Assembly: GCF_009914755.1 (NCBI RefSeq)
Contig: NC_060929.1
Length of the DNA stretch: 64,000 nt
From: the human T2T-CHM13v2.0 reference genome, Homo sapiens
Strand: one strand, 5' to 3'
The translations under genes and the position numbers were made by a program. The notes under the pieces were generated by a model. The model was not told the DNA's origin. It worked only from the letters and a program-made list of their open reading frames with translations, and did no database searches. Within the stretch, counting starts at the first letter, position 1. The number at the start of each line of letters is the position of its first letter. Positions 23,510 to 37,000 of the stretch are shown here, in pieces.

Positions 23510-23711
23510 GCATATTGAGTTGTATTGTAAAAGGTATTTCTTAATGTGGGTTAAGGTCACAAAAGTTTGAAACCCAGTAGGTTAGATGATGTCTTAGTTC
23601 CCTTTCATCGCAACCTCATTTTGTATTGTTTTGAATCCTTAGCTCAGACCCCCAGCCAGTAAATCATCTGCTCTGAGACAAACACTAAGAATAAAAGAAG
23701 CTGGGAAGCTT

Positions 23712-23862
23712 TTAACCTGACCTAAGCATTGTCTTGGAAACAGTAAAATGCAGCCCCTTCCAGACCTCTTTTCTCAGTATCTTTGGGGCGGGGCTTTGGA
23801 ACCTGCATTTTGAGTAACTGTTCCACAGGATTCTGATGCAGGTGTTTATGGGACCACCTTTT
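23712..23862 (-). mobile_element. MER5A-like hAT MITE fragment
   Basis: GGGGCGGGGCTTTGGAACCTGCATTTTGAGTAAC...GATTCTGATGCAGG...GGGACCACCTTTTAAGAA. The element is near-palindromic, so orientation is uncertain. Confidence 0.6.
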
Positions 23863-26469
23863 AAGAAATACATGTGAAGTTTTAAACCTTGTAACAATTC
23901 TCTGAGGGGCACCTCCTCTCCCTCCCACTTTTCCCTGTTTCCAGGTAAGAATCCTGAAGCCCCAGTTGATCAGACTTGGTGACTTCTAACATCGCAGAGA
24001 TGTTAAGGCGCGGGCTTGGTAGGGCAGCACGAGGCTGCCGTTCCTCTTGCCCTTCCTACTTGGAGAGAATCAGATGGCGTGCAGTGTGGACATGTAAGTT
24101 CCTGATTGAGGGCGTCTCCCGGATCAAAAATAAATAGGATTGTTGAAAATGATAGTGTTGGAATCCTGGGCATGAAGCCTTTTGTCTCTGGGATAGCCTT
24201 TGAGACCTCCTCCTTCCATGAGTGCAGCTGACACAGAGGCAGGTAAGAGGACAGGTAGCCGTGTCTGCTGCTTATGAGTTGTCCCAGCTCTGCCCCAGCT
24301 TTGGAATCTTGGGCAGTGGCAGAGGGTTATGTGACAGCGTCTATCCCTGAGAGTTCTTCCAGATTTTAAATTCTATGATTCTATCTTTTGGAAAAATAGT
24401 ATTTCCTGTTTCTTACCTTGACAGAGATACTGAATGGGTCGACAAAATGTATGCACGTCTTTTGAGTTCCCCCAGAAAAACGATGTAAACAGAATCATTC
24501 GTTGGCACCCTGCAGTTCAGTTCAGATTTTGTGTGGGACACAGCAGATCTCAGCGTGCACTTTGAGAGCTCCTCCAGGAGCAGGCTCTCCTTCCCCATAG
24601 GAGGCTGGTGTAAGTTGCATCACAGCCATGTCCTCTGTGTCCTATTCACCAAGGCAAGCATTGGGAACAGGGCGGTGGAGCAACTAGCCTAGGTGACCCT
24701 GCTTGGCTTCAAGTTAATCTTATTACGTAAAGAAACAGAGAAGGATTTACTTTCAAAACCCCTTCTGATGGTGTGTAGGTGGGAAGCCACATCCAGTGAG
24801 ATTTGCGAGAACAAGAGGAAATGGCCAAGTTTCCGGGAAGCAGGGCTGCGGTGTGCAGCTGTGCATTCTGTGGCCCTAAACAGGCACTTTGTTTTTCATT
24901 TGAAGGTCATCATCTCCCTTTGGCACATGTGCTTCCTCTCTTTGTAAATGTGTAATATTTTAGGCTCAAATTCCTATCGAATTTTAGTCTTAATCTAAGT
25001 CGGATTATAGAGGTACATATTGTCTTACTGTTACATTTTACTGATATTCAGTGTTTGATATCCCCAAAGTCTTGACTTGGATTCACAAGTGATTACATTT
25101 GTTATGCTTGTCTTGATATCCAGGAAGTACATAGTTAGAGACAGAACCCACATTTGGCCTGAAAATAGTATTAATAAAAGTAAATGTTTTTCAAGCAGAG
25201 ATTGCAGCCATAGTTTTTGATATATGCTACCAAATCATGTTTTATTTTGAGAATTTTATGTTTAATTTTATTTAGTGTTACGGTGTTTATCCATTTTTCA
25301 TTTCTTGATTCTTTTAATGGAAGAACACATTATTATTATATTATTATTATTTTGTTTGTTTTCAGAAAGTATGTGAAGCGAGGACCCTACCTCATCTGCA
25401 GGTTAATCTTATACATACTGTTTAAGTAGAAATTCCTGCATTTGTCTTTTAAAAATAATTTTTAATAATTTTAATTAAATTCTAAAATAGTTTACAATAT
25501 AAGTTATAAGCTGTTTTCAAATTTAGGTTACTCTTGGAGTAAGGAAGAACTCTTAGCTGAGAAGATGTAGTTAAGTCTGAGGTTCTCGGTGAGCACAGAA
25601 TTAAGTGAAGAAAGAATATACTAAAAGATTCACTGAAGGTGACATAGTCTGTAATATTAGCACCATCTTAGACACTTACTTTGTATATATTTTAAAGCAT
25701 GGAGACTAGCTTGGGAAGGCTGGATGGTTGTTTGCTTTCATGAATGAGTTACGAGGGATAGTCCTAAGTTGCTTGCAGGCATCCAAAACAAATGTTAGTA
25801 AATAAAGCTTTACAGAAAAGGCAAAGTGGAAGGACTCAGTGGCTAAAATATAGTTCAGTTGCCAGAAATGATTGTCGTTAGTTGTTTTTGGAGGACTTAA
25901 CCCTAATGGATCTAGGCATGGAAGTTGAATTATAGACATGAGAGAATAACGAAGAACTGAGAAACAGGACATACCACCAATTTTTAAATGAAAGAGCAAA
26001 AAGTAGGATACCAGAATGCATAGGTTAAGATATGTGACATTATGTTAAATACGCAATAGGTGTTTTTAGTATCACATGTAAAAATTAAAGGCTGTTTGGT
26101 CTTTGAATACTTCACCTCCCTGAGCCTTCGTTCCTTGTTCCTGAGAATGAAAGGGGTCGCACTACCTCATGTCTGATGTAGAACTCCTGAGCAGTTTCTG
26201 TTATTTTGGGAAGCCTGATGGAGATGGTGTGCTCCTTGTGACAGGACCCTACAGCCCTAGAGCATAGCCTTCCCTCAAGTTTATCTGAATCGTAGAGAAT
26301 CAGTGTAGAGTTATTGGCTGTAACACGCTGATCAGAAACATTAATTGTCTGTTTTATGGATTGGGGTGAGGTGAGTGGTGCAGACAGGAGGGAGGAGATT
26401 TGGTATACTTCTGAGAAAAAAAGTAAAAAGCAGGTGGAGTTAAATCTGTGGAACCCGAAAATAATCTAG

Positions 26470-27053
26470 GTGCTTATGTTATTTTTGCCTAACAAATTAC
26501 CACAAACATAGCAGCTTGAAACACTCATTTCTTACTCCACCGTTTCTGTAGGTCAGGTGTCTGGGTAGTTGGATTCTCTGTTCAGGGTCTCACAAGGCCA
26601 TTGGGACTGCATTTCCATCTGAAGCTTGGGGTCCTGTTCAGGTCCATTCAGGGTGTTGGCAGAATCCACTTCACTGTGGTTGTAGGACTGAGGTCCCAGG
26701 GTTCTTGCTGGCTGTTGGCAGGGGTCACTCTTTCCTGGAGGACACTCTCAGGTCCTTGCCACACGGCCTGCTGCACCCTATGGCAGTTTGCTCTTCTGAG
26801 GCCAGAAGGTCATCTCTCTGACACTGCACCTGCTTTTAAAGGCTTCCCTTGATGAGTCAGGCCCACCAGGGAAGTCTCCCTTTTGATGAACACAGAGTCA
26901 GCTCATTAGTAACCTAATCACAGGCATGCTATCCCATCATATTCACTGCTCCCACCCCCCCCCCCCACCTCCAAGCCCAAAAGGATGATACAAGGGGCAT
27001 AACAACGGGGGTGGGCAGATGTCCTAGGGCTATCTAAGAATTCTGCCTGCCAC
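26470..27053 (-). mobile_element. MLT1-family (ERVL-MaLR) LTR
   Basis: TAACAAATTACCACAAACATAGCAGCTTGAAAC...GGCAGAATCCACTTC...GTAGGACTGAGGTCCC...AGAATTCTGCCTGCCAC. Confidence 0.8.
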
Positions 27054-28032
27054 TGTGTTAGATACTTGCAGGTTGAACTAATGAATGAAAGCAAGGGAGG
27101 AAGGAAAGAAAGGGAAATAAATTAAAAGTCAGCTTTGAGTTCCGCCGTGGCAGGGCTGATGCTTCCTGCTCCTTTCCTTCCTGCTTCCTGTGCATTTGAC
27201 TGAGTGAGGGTGGGAGGTTGGAGGGACCATAAGTGACTTCAGGGAGGCACCTGGTTAATGCCGGAGCTCACACAGGAGAGGCAAGGAGGTGGGCTGAGCA
27301 TACACAGTGCAGATGAGATGGGCTCCTCCTGATGGGTGGGTCTTCATGGGACCAGCATGGAAGATTCCAGTCCTCCCACTTAGGTTATTTGATGATGATG
27401 ATGATGTTGATGTTCCCAACTGCCTGTCTGATTGGTGTCACCAGGTTAGAAGGAGGGAACTTCAAGTCCTTTTTTCTGTAGAACCCCACAGCCTTGCGAG
27501 CCCTGCTAGCGCAGCTGTGTTTTTAGAAGACCTTGTGGAGGTTGAAAACCAGGGTGTTGCCAGTTTCATGCAGCTTTCTGGTTGTGGACAAGACTTACCC
27601 TGAGAGTGGAGTGGAGCGTGGACGACAAACAGAATAATTTTACTTACGGAGCCTCAAGTTTTAGTAAACCAGGAATCTGAACATTCTTTTTGAAACTAAG
27701 GGTAGCTAGATAGAAGGGTTTTTATAAAAGTAGTTTTCTTTTGCACAATATTGTTTTATTCCAAATTATGCATTTATAAGAGGCTGTAAGACATGGAATT
27801 TCTAATAATCACAACGTTATAGTTTAACGTTGTCCCTGAAGCTTGGTGAAGCATTACGTCTTCACTTATGTGACTAACCTGTTTAGTCAATTGCCTTGCT
27901 AACCCAGCACCCTGAAAGGCTCCACCCTGAAGTGGAGGTGCTGGGTAGAGTGTTTCCATATCTTCCCAGGGTTCGGAGACGTGGAGGGCACAAGTGGCCG
28001 ATGGCCGGGAAGTCAGAAGAAGGGGAGGAAAG

Positions 28033-28115
28033 TGGTTTCTGCAGCTCTCCTCCTCCCTGGTTTTTGCAGCTCTCCTCCTCCCTGGTTTTTGCAGCTCTCC
28101 TCCCTGGCTTTTGCA
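28033..28115. repeat. About 25-bp tandem repeat, about 3.4 copies
   Basis: TGGTTT(C/T)TGCAGCTCTCCTCCTCCC at 28033, 28058, 28083 (22 bp), with a partial copy at 28105. Confidence 0.9.
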
Positions 28116-29941
28116 TTGCCCTGTGCTTAAAGTAGGAGTCCAGGAGGGAGGAACACAATCTGAAGACAAGCGTCCTCCAAACAGGGAAAAACATCATAGG
28201 AAAGCTTTTCATAAACTCACAACTGCTGGGACATGGAGAGTTGAGGCACATGAGACAGCTTTGGGGAAAACATGCGGAAATAGGAAACGCTGTGTTATCT
28301 TAACAACTCAGTTTGTCAGCCAGGTTTGTCTTGTTCCGCACCCGCAGTCCTTGAGGTATTTCAAGCATTTGGTCATTCTACCCTTGATGGCCTTCAGGAA
28401 GTGCACAGATGCCAGCCGTTGTATCACAAATGCTAAGGGACCTCACTCCAAGGCCACCACTTGGAAGGTTAAAATGAGGATATTTTCTATCAGTCATAGC
28501 AGGAAGAGAAAGTGGAAAAACTCGACGTTTGTGATAAAGGACAGGGACCTCCTTTTGTGCGTGGGAAATTGAATCCTTGGGTAGCTTGTTGGTTACAGTG
28601 TAACTCTAGACTTCTGATGGACCACCTCATTTGTGGTTGTCATACTGACGATCAGTTTTACTAAGTGGCATACTCCAGTTTTTTATTTAATGCAGTCTGC
28701 TGGGGAGTACTTTCTTAGTTATCTATTGTGTTCTCAGAACTTTGTTCCTCTAAGATTTGTAGGACATGGCAAATAAAAGATACCACCCTTTGAGGAATTT
28801 GGTTAGGAAGGAAGACGTGAGTTTAGGAGACACATGTAGAGCCCCAGAGTGTTTTTCACTAAGTACAAGTAGGCAGATTATGTTGTATTAGATATGATGC
28901 AATTGCATTGGGAGGGTTTAAGTAATCTGATACGGACTCTTAACTCTTAGGTTGTTTACTAATTTAGATATAAAATTTAGGGAAACAACTTTAGCATTGT
29001 TCTTTAGTCTCAATGGAAAGGTTATGGTATAAGAATGTTAGCTTTTCAGTGTAATGAAAAAGTCTCTTATGAGTAAAATTAGAATCTAGTTTTGCTAATA
29101 TCATACTTGTTGTATATTTGATATTCACAGTGAGGACAGCTCATCATTAATGCTTAGCCAAGTATTCCATTAATAGATGCCTATGAGCATTTGTATCTGA
29201 GCTTTTGGGGGGATTCAGAGGGAGGGTGTGGGGGCCTGTGTGGAGAGGAGGCCAGGGAGCTGGGCCTGTTCAGGGTTTCTCATGTCCGATTTCCTAGTAG
29301 AGGAAACTGTACCTCCATCTCCAATAAAGGAAAAAAGAAAAACAGGTTTGTTTTTATTACTGCCTGGTTAGGCTTGGGGGAAATGATATTTGTGTATTTT
29401 AATGCAGTGTTCCACACCTGGAGCTCCAATTCTGATGTGTTTTATGGGGCACAGAATGGACAGAAATCAATTCCTGGTACCTGTGACAAAGAAAAAACCA
29501 TCCAGAATTGGAGACTGTTCCCTGCCGGGGGAACAGCCGCAAACATGTGAGCCTGTGGTTGACAAAAGTACGTCATGCATTTCAGAGTGCGTATTAGGAA
29601 TCAGAGGACAAATGGCTTGAGAATGTCACACAGAAAGTGCATAGCATAACTGCAGCAGCACATGACTGAATTTCCTGGGCGCAAAAGCTGTTGAGGACTG
29701 AAAGTCACTCAGTAGCCCATCTCGTGTTTTGGATGCAATTCTTTGAACTTTTAGAGTAGCAGATTCCATCAGGGAGGCCACATGTGGATTTAAGCAGATA
29801 ATTTGTATAGGCACAAATCATATCATTTTGACTAAGTTTTTTGGAATGAAATTGATATCTGCTTTATCACCACTTGTACTTATTGGACTATTTTGGCTTT
29901 TTAGAACCTTACTTGTTAGAAAAAAAGGCTTTCTGTTATTA

Positions 29942-30091
<150 letters not shown>

Positions 30092-30404
30092 TTATAATTC
30101 ATAGAGTCAAGCCATCCTGATCTCAGGCTGTGATAAACAAAATTAGGCAGAGAATTTTAGGTATGTGTTCATAAAATGAAAGAGACTAAAATTTAGGAGT
30201 ATTTATTGAAGCTCAGACTATCCTGCTTATCTCAAACATCCCTCATAGTATTTACATTTGTAATATTGATTATGATATATATAGATTTATTTAAAATTAA
30301 AAATAGGTTTAAGATACAACTAAAACACACCAGGGTATGTCTGATCTAGAACAGGAGTTGTCTGTTCATACCCTGATCTAGAACAGGGTATGTCTGATCT
30401 AGAA

Positions 30405-30607
30405 CAGGCTATTAACTTTCTGTAAATAGCCGGATAAATACTTTAGTCTCTATCTCAGCTACTGAGCTCTGCAGTTGTAGTGGGATGGTGGCCACCTAGT
30501 AGCATGGACACAGTACACATAAGATGGCATGGCTGCCTTCCAGTGAAACTTCATTTACAAATGCTGACAGAGGAGAGTTGGCCTGCAGGCCCTCCTTTGC
30601 CACCTGC
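30405..30607 (+). mobile_element. MER58A-like hAT-Charlie MITE
   Basis: CAGG...AACTTTCTGTAAATAGCCGGATA...GCTACTGAGCTCTGCAGTTGTAG...AAACTTCATTTACAAA...TTTGCCACCTG, preceded by the Charlie-type target ATCTAGAA. Confidence 0.7.
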
Positions 30608-31524
30608 AGTACTGTTGTAAGGCCTGGAGGAGAGGGGATCTTTTTTCTGTACTACTAGTCAGTGAAACTGTTAAACATGAGCAGTCTCTAGAATCTGTCC
30701 TAGGAGTTTAATTTAGAGTTGGTGTTATGTAATTTGACCATTTGGAATAGCCCAGGTAATAATGCCTTTTTTGATAGGTTTCCCTGTACCATTAGGAAGA
30801 CAACGTTCAAGGCTGGGTCCAGGTGGTTCTTCTCTTTGGTGATAGCAGTGTTGACTCTGTTGGACCAAGCTCCCCTATTTATGATACATTGTGTAACGCT
30901 CATTGTAGTGTCCTGAAGTGTGATTAACACATGCTGAAAACACGAAAATAGCGCTTTAACTCACAAAGAAGAAATGAAAGGAAATATCATTTATAAATAC
31001 TTATTTAAATGTAGGAATGCTTAGGTATGACTGCTAAAACAGTGGTACCGAAATGCAGGTCTGCTATGAGAATGTCATCTCTAAACCACTCAACAGCTGC
31101 CTTCTTTGAGTCAGCCTTGCTGTGAAAAAAGAAAGAGGTGCAAACTCCTTCTCTAAGCACCAGGAGATCCTAATGAAGGACTTGTGACCAGTCTGCAGAT
31201 CACACTTTGAACTCCAGAAGTTGTAACGTTTGCCAGCGCTTGCACGTAGAATCCCCCTGCACGGGAGGTCCTTAGAGGGGTCCTATTGGCAACTCATATA
31301 TTATGAGCCACTTTGCCACTGGTGACATGATTTTCTGAAGAGGTGGACAGTTTTTGGTATACTTCCAAACTGAAGTAGAGATTTCCTCCACTTATGTGAT
31401 AGTTCCTCTCCTGAAAAATATTGTGTATAAAACCTGTGCCCAAAAATGGGTGAAATGGAGTTGGGTCTATGCTCAGGATTTTTACTTACTGGAGAATGTC
31501 TGGAAATTGGAAAGTCAGGCAAGA

Positions 31525-31528
<4 letters not shown>

Positions 31529-31559
<31 letters not shown>
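31529..31559. repeat. (TG)n microsatellite
   Basis: About 15 uninterrupted TG units. Confidence 0.95.
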
Positions 31560-31560
<1 letters not shown>

Positions 31561-33229
31561 GGGTGATGAGGGGAGGCTGTCACACACAATGTCTGTCCCC
31601 CATCATTGTGACAACTGCAGATACCCCCACAGATTTCCAAATATAAAATGAAACAAAGGAGCATGCAGGTGAGGATCTGGGGAGAGTGGTTACATGTGGG
31701 GATCATACTTTCCTGTGCTCTCATAGTGCAGAGGAACCGCAGAGGGATGATAAAAGCAGCTGAACTCTCTCCTGTGCTTCCTCAGAATTTCTGACTTGTT
31801 TTCCATGAATGTCTTCTCATATACATATATATTCATTTCTTCCTTTTTGCCCCCCTCCCCTAATACGGCCCCATTTTATTTGGTCATTTCTCCTTTGTAT
31901 CATTCTCTAGGGTAAATTTTCTCATCTTGCTGTTTCAAGATATTGGTGAGTCTTAATCGTTTTGTAAGGTGTGTTGAAAATAATTTATACCAATTGTAAT
32001 TAAAGCACTGGAAATGTGTAGTGTACTGTTTCTAATATCACTTACTTGCTTATTGATTGTTTTTTGAGCTGGAAAGTGATGGAGTTATGGCCCCTGCACA
32101 TCTTACTTCTGCGAATGGGGCTACTGTTAGTACCTTTCACATAGGGGTGTTGGAGGATTAAATTTGCAAGTTAGTGCCTGCTGATTACTTGCCAATGCCT
32201 AGTTCTTGTGTTTAGTTCTTTAAATGGTAGACATTACAAAGACAGGAAAAAGAATTCTTGTCTTTGTTTGCTCTTTTAACAATCCAAAGGTTTAGGAATT
32301 TACTTTGCTCTAACAACCCTCTCGATCCTCTTGTGACCCCGTTATACTCAGTGTTGCTGAAAAAGTCCATTTTAAAATAATGGCACCTACCACATCCATT
32401 TTTCCGTCTTTAGGCCAGACCCTCTGATGGTTGGTGGATTTTAGTATTAAAGCTTGTGTTGAAAGTGGAGGGGGTGTTACTACTGTTGTGTCTGAAACAA
32501 GAGTTAAGGTTATATTTTATGAAGCAGTTTTGGCTTTTTCAACAGATGTTGGCCACTCACTTTTATGGATTTCACATTGAGTAGTAATGAGTCATAATCA
32601 CTACTTAATTTTCCCAAACCAGAGGGAATATACATTTTATTATTGGACCCTCCAGGCTGTCAATGAAGAGAGAAAACCTTTCTTTGGAATCAAGTTGAAA
32701 ACCTGTTGTTAACACCTCTCTCTGGGCCTTCTTTGCTCTCCTTAGCACGTTCATTGCTAGGGGCTGCCACTTCCATCTTCTCTGCCTTGGAAGCATAGAG
32801 TCGTTTCTCAGCCTCATTCTCACCTTTATGAGTTCATTTAATAATGTGATTAGAACATATAAAGTATGCAAGAATAAAATGTGTCATGATGACCTTAAAA
32901 CTTTTATTATTCAAAGTTATAGAAAGTTACGTATTTTATTGTAGACTCATAATAGGTGAACCTTTCTGATCTTGGGGATTTCTTGTATTTCCTTGGAGAG
33001 TCTTACATAGGCATAAGCCAGTGACTGATTTTTTTTTTTTTTTTGATTGTTTTCTCATACTATCATAGGCCATTTGAGGGGAATAAAACAAATACTCGTT
33101 GGGAATCTATATGTAGAAGATCATTCAGGCAAAGATTCTGGTCTTAAAGGTGTTAAAGTCTACTGGAGAACATAAGGACTTAATTATAACAGCAGCCACA
33201 GCCTCCACCAGCCCCTGTGATAAAAGCAT

Positions 33230-33385
33230 ACTATGTTATCTCACTTAATCTTTATGACAGCCCATGGAGGGTAGGTCTCATTATCTTCATTTTTAATGCT
33301 GGAGACTGAAGATGAGAGACCTGTGGTTGCCTAAGGTCATATAGCTGGTAGGGGCAGAGTTTGTGTTTTTGCCACTGTTCTTGAT
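33230..33385 (-). mobile_element. MIR SINE
   Basis: ATCTCACTTAATCTTTATGACAGCCCATGGAGGGTAGG...GAGACTGAAG...TGCCTAAGGTCATATAGCTGGTA. Confidence 0.75.
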
Positions 33386-33599
33386 AGCATATTTCTGCCA
33401 TATGGGGGCTTCTCCCGGTTCCGTGAGTGAGGCATGCCCTCCTGCCATAGCCTCCGTTCCTTCTGCCTTCAATGAATACACCTTCCATACCACTCCCCCC
33501 AACCCCTCCCATTAAATTCTAATCATCATTTAAGTTTCATCTTTGGTGGTCTTAGGTGTCACTGTTGCAGACAGGCATTTTTCTGGCCCCTGCACCAGC

Positions 33600-33787
33600 T
33601 TACAGCACCCCCACTCCTTGACCTCTATAACGCTCAGCTTTATACTTGGTTACGTTTATGGTGTTTGTTGCTCTGTTTGTCTGGTGTCCTGGACTCTAAG
33701 CTCCGCAAGGGCAGGAATTGTCTGGCATCATTGCTGCACATGACACCTGGTGGATGTACATATTTATTAAATGAATAAATGAATGGA
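33600..33787 (+). mobile_element. L2 3' end remnant
   Basis: GGACTCTAAGCTCCGCAAGGGCAGG...TATTTATTAAATGAATAAATGAATGG. Confidence 0.7.
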
Positions 33788-34385
33788 TGTTCATACTTTT
33801 GTCCACCATGTTTTATGCTAAATACACACAGAGTAGATAATGAGAGAGGCTCTAATAGCGAGGTGTGTATCCTTTGAGCTATGGATGACAAACTTAAAAA
33901 ATTGCCCATTAAGTTAGAAAAGAATTGAGTATATCTTTTTAATATATGTGTTTACTTAATGTACACGCATATTGTAAAAATACATGATATTGGCATTTTA
34001 AAAAGGATGAAAATATTTAAAACAGGAGTTTCTAATATGTTTTTCTGTATGTTAGAGGACCAGCTGGTATCCAGGACCCACTAAACTTGGAGCTGGGGGT
34101 GCCAGGGCAGGCCCTGTGGGAATACATGTAACTAAACAAGCTCCATGGCCACAGTGGAACCAGACTGCAGTTGATCAAAGCATGGTTGAGGGTGGGAAGT
34201 GCTGGGCTCATGCGAGGGTGTGTGAGTGATTGTGCATCAACATGAAGGATCACTGGGGGAGTGGTGGGGTGTAAGGTTCATTGGAAGTCTGGGACTCAGC
34301 TATGATTGAGGTCAGATACCTAGTTCAGGGGATAAGACCATATCATCTTGAAATGATGGGCTGCTGAAGGGTCTTAAAGAATCAT

Positions 34386-34751
<366 letters not shown>

Positions 34752-34822
34752 TTATTATTATCTTATTAATACATACCAAAACATGTATCTCTTATTATTT
34801 CACAGTGGCACACTGAATCTAA

Positions 34823-34938
34823 AGTGATCCTCCTGCCTCAGCCTCCTACAGGCATGGGATTCCGGGCATGCACCACCACGCCTGGCTAATTAAAAATATT
34901 TTTTTGTAGATATGAGATCTCCCTATGTTGCCCAGGCT
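34823..34938 (-). mobile_element. Alu fragment, antisense
   Basis: GTGATCCTCCTGCCTCAGCCTCC...CACCACGCCTGGCTAATT...TGTTGCCCAGGCT. Confidence 0.85.
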
Positions 34939-34939
34939 A

Positions 34940-35278
34940 TTTTTTGTTTTGTTTTGGTTTTGTGTTTTTTGTTTGTGTGTTTTGTTTTTTGTTTGTTTTG
35001 AGTCTCACTTTGTCACCCAGATTAGAGTGGAGTAGCACAATTAGAGCTCACTGCAGACTTGAAATCCTGGGTTCAAGTGATTCTTTCACCTCAGCCTCCT
35101 GAGTAGCTGGGATTGCAGGTGCATACCACCACAACCAGCTAATTAAAATTTTTGTATGTGTGTGTGGAGACAGGGTGTCACTGTTTCCCAGGCTAGTCTC
35201 AAACTCCTGGCCTCAAGTGATCCTCTCACTCAGGCCTCCCAAGGTGCTGAGATAGGCATGAGCCACCATGTCTGGCCT
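34940..35278 (-). mobile_element. AluJ-like SINE, antisense
   Basis: T/G-rich tail followed by a full reverse Alu ending GAGCCACCATGTCTGGCC. Confidence 0.9.
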
Positions 35279-36544
35279 TGGTTAAGCTTTTTTATCCTAT
35301 ACCAGAGACGTCTAAAATATTTACTTCTTGTCATTATTATTGCCAATGAGGTTCCTGTACAAAGACGATGTTGACTACTTTAGGCCCATAGGGAGATAGT
35401 GGTAGTTTCAGAGGTAGAATGAATGGCAGAGGATAAAAAAGTACAGTTCAGTGGTGATAGTTGGACAAGCTGGGCAGTGGATAGGGGTGCCGGGCAGTAG
35501 AGACCTTAGAAGCTTGTGGCAAGACCAGTGAGTTGAGGAAATGCTCCTGCTTTTGCTAATCTGTGGGTGGGGTGGTAGCTGCCCTGGCATTTTTAACATT
35601 CCCTGTTGTTGAGAGATGGGCTAATAATGCTAGTCAGAAGTCTGATGTTTGCCGGAGGTAGCCCCGTGAGCAGGTTTTGCAATCTCAGTAGATACCTGTG
35701 TGAGGGAAGGTTTACACCACAATTGAGTTGGGGGAAATGTTCTGTGATCTGTACTTACAGAAGCAATATTAAAAAATTCATATTTGGTGTAGTAAAGGAA
35801 TAAAATAGTGAAAATTGTTTCTGTTCCTACATATACAAGTAAAGGGAAGCCTTGTAATGCTTTAATGATTGCGGATTGTGATGCAAAATGTATTAGCCTA
35901 TTTCACAGAAGCAAATATGTCAATTAATTAAGAGAAATGCCTAAATTGCCACGTCAGATCATTTCACAGAGGTGTGGAACATTTAAAAAGTACTTTATTT
36001 GCAAAAAGTTCTGAAATGACTTATTTTAAAATTTTCATCTAATCTACAAAACTAGATTATTTTCAAGGAATGTCTTTAGTCCGGAATGTTAAGAAAAAAT
36101 TGTTTTAAGTTAAAATGTATTATTTTTTCTTTTAAAATGTTATTTTATTTAAAAAGTATATAACAGGTGTTCTACTTTGCCCTAAATTATAGTCCAGTAA
36201 TTTGGAAATTTTGATCTAAATATTAGCAGAAGCTTTAAGAACATTTGTTCTCTTTGAGGAAACCCTGACTTAGGGAATTAAGAGAAAAAATGCCATCTGT
36301 AGAAAACAAACCAAAGTAAAAACTTGTTACCCTACCCATCCTGGCATAACTTACTCAAAATATAAGGGAAACCTAGGAAGTGTATTTTGCTATTTATGAA
36401 ATATTTCTTTTCAGATTTTTTTAATACTTCAGAAGTATATTCTAAGCATTATAATAGTCAACTTCATTAATACAAACTAATGTAAATTCCAGAAATAAAG
36501 TTAATGAGATCCAAACAAAAATTTAGGCTCTGGGTTGAGTACAG

Positions 36545-36760
36545 TAAATAGCATGAAGTCAGAAGACCTGGGTTTGATGATTGCTTCCTGGCTGTATTTT
36601 CTCTAGTAAGTCTTCTAGTTTCATGTTTGACACTGGAGTCTCTGGTTTCTAAAGTGTAGACAATAAATATGTCTGTCATACAGGATGGGTTTAGGCATGA
36701 AGTGAGTTAATAAGGCTTGGGAAAATAGTTTGAAAACTGCAAAGGTCTATATAAAATGTT
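36545..36760 (+). mobile_element. MIR SINE
   Basis: GAAGTCAGAAGACCTGGGTTTGA...AAGTGAGTTAATAAG...TTTGAAAACTGCAAAG. Confidence 0.6.
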
Positions 36761-37000
36761 TGTTGTTACAGTTACAACTACTAGCTTTTAATGGTAGAAT
36801 TTTGGTTGTTCTGCTAGGTCTGCGGTGGTTGAATTGGACACAGAATGGAACTACGCTAGACAGATGAGATCTAGGGTGCCCTTACACCCATTCGAATCCA
36901 CAAGCATGCATTTGGGAAACAGTTCATGGGAAAGTTGTCACAAGTTTATGGATAGGGGATATAGGCTTTTTGTGGTTTCACTGATAAAACTGTACATTTT

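Noticed and set aside
27994-28572. Longest ORF in the track (listed as 192 aa)
   Set aside because: Non-ATG start, partly made of the 25-bp tandem repeat, no recognisable family and no supporting splice structure.
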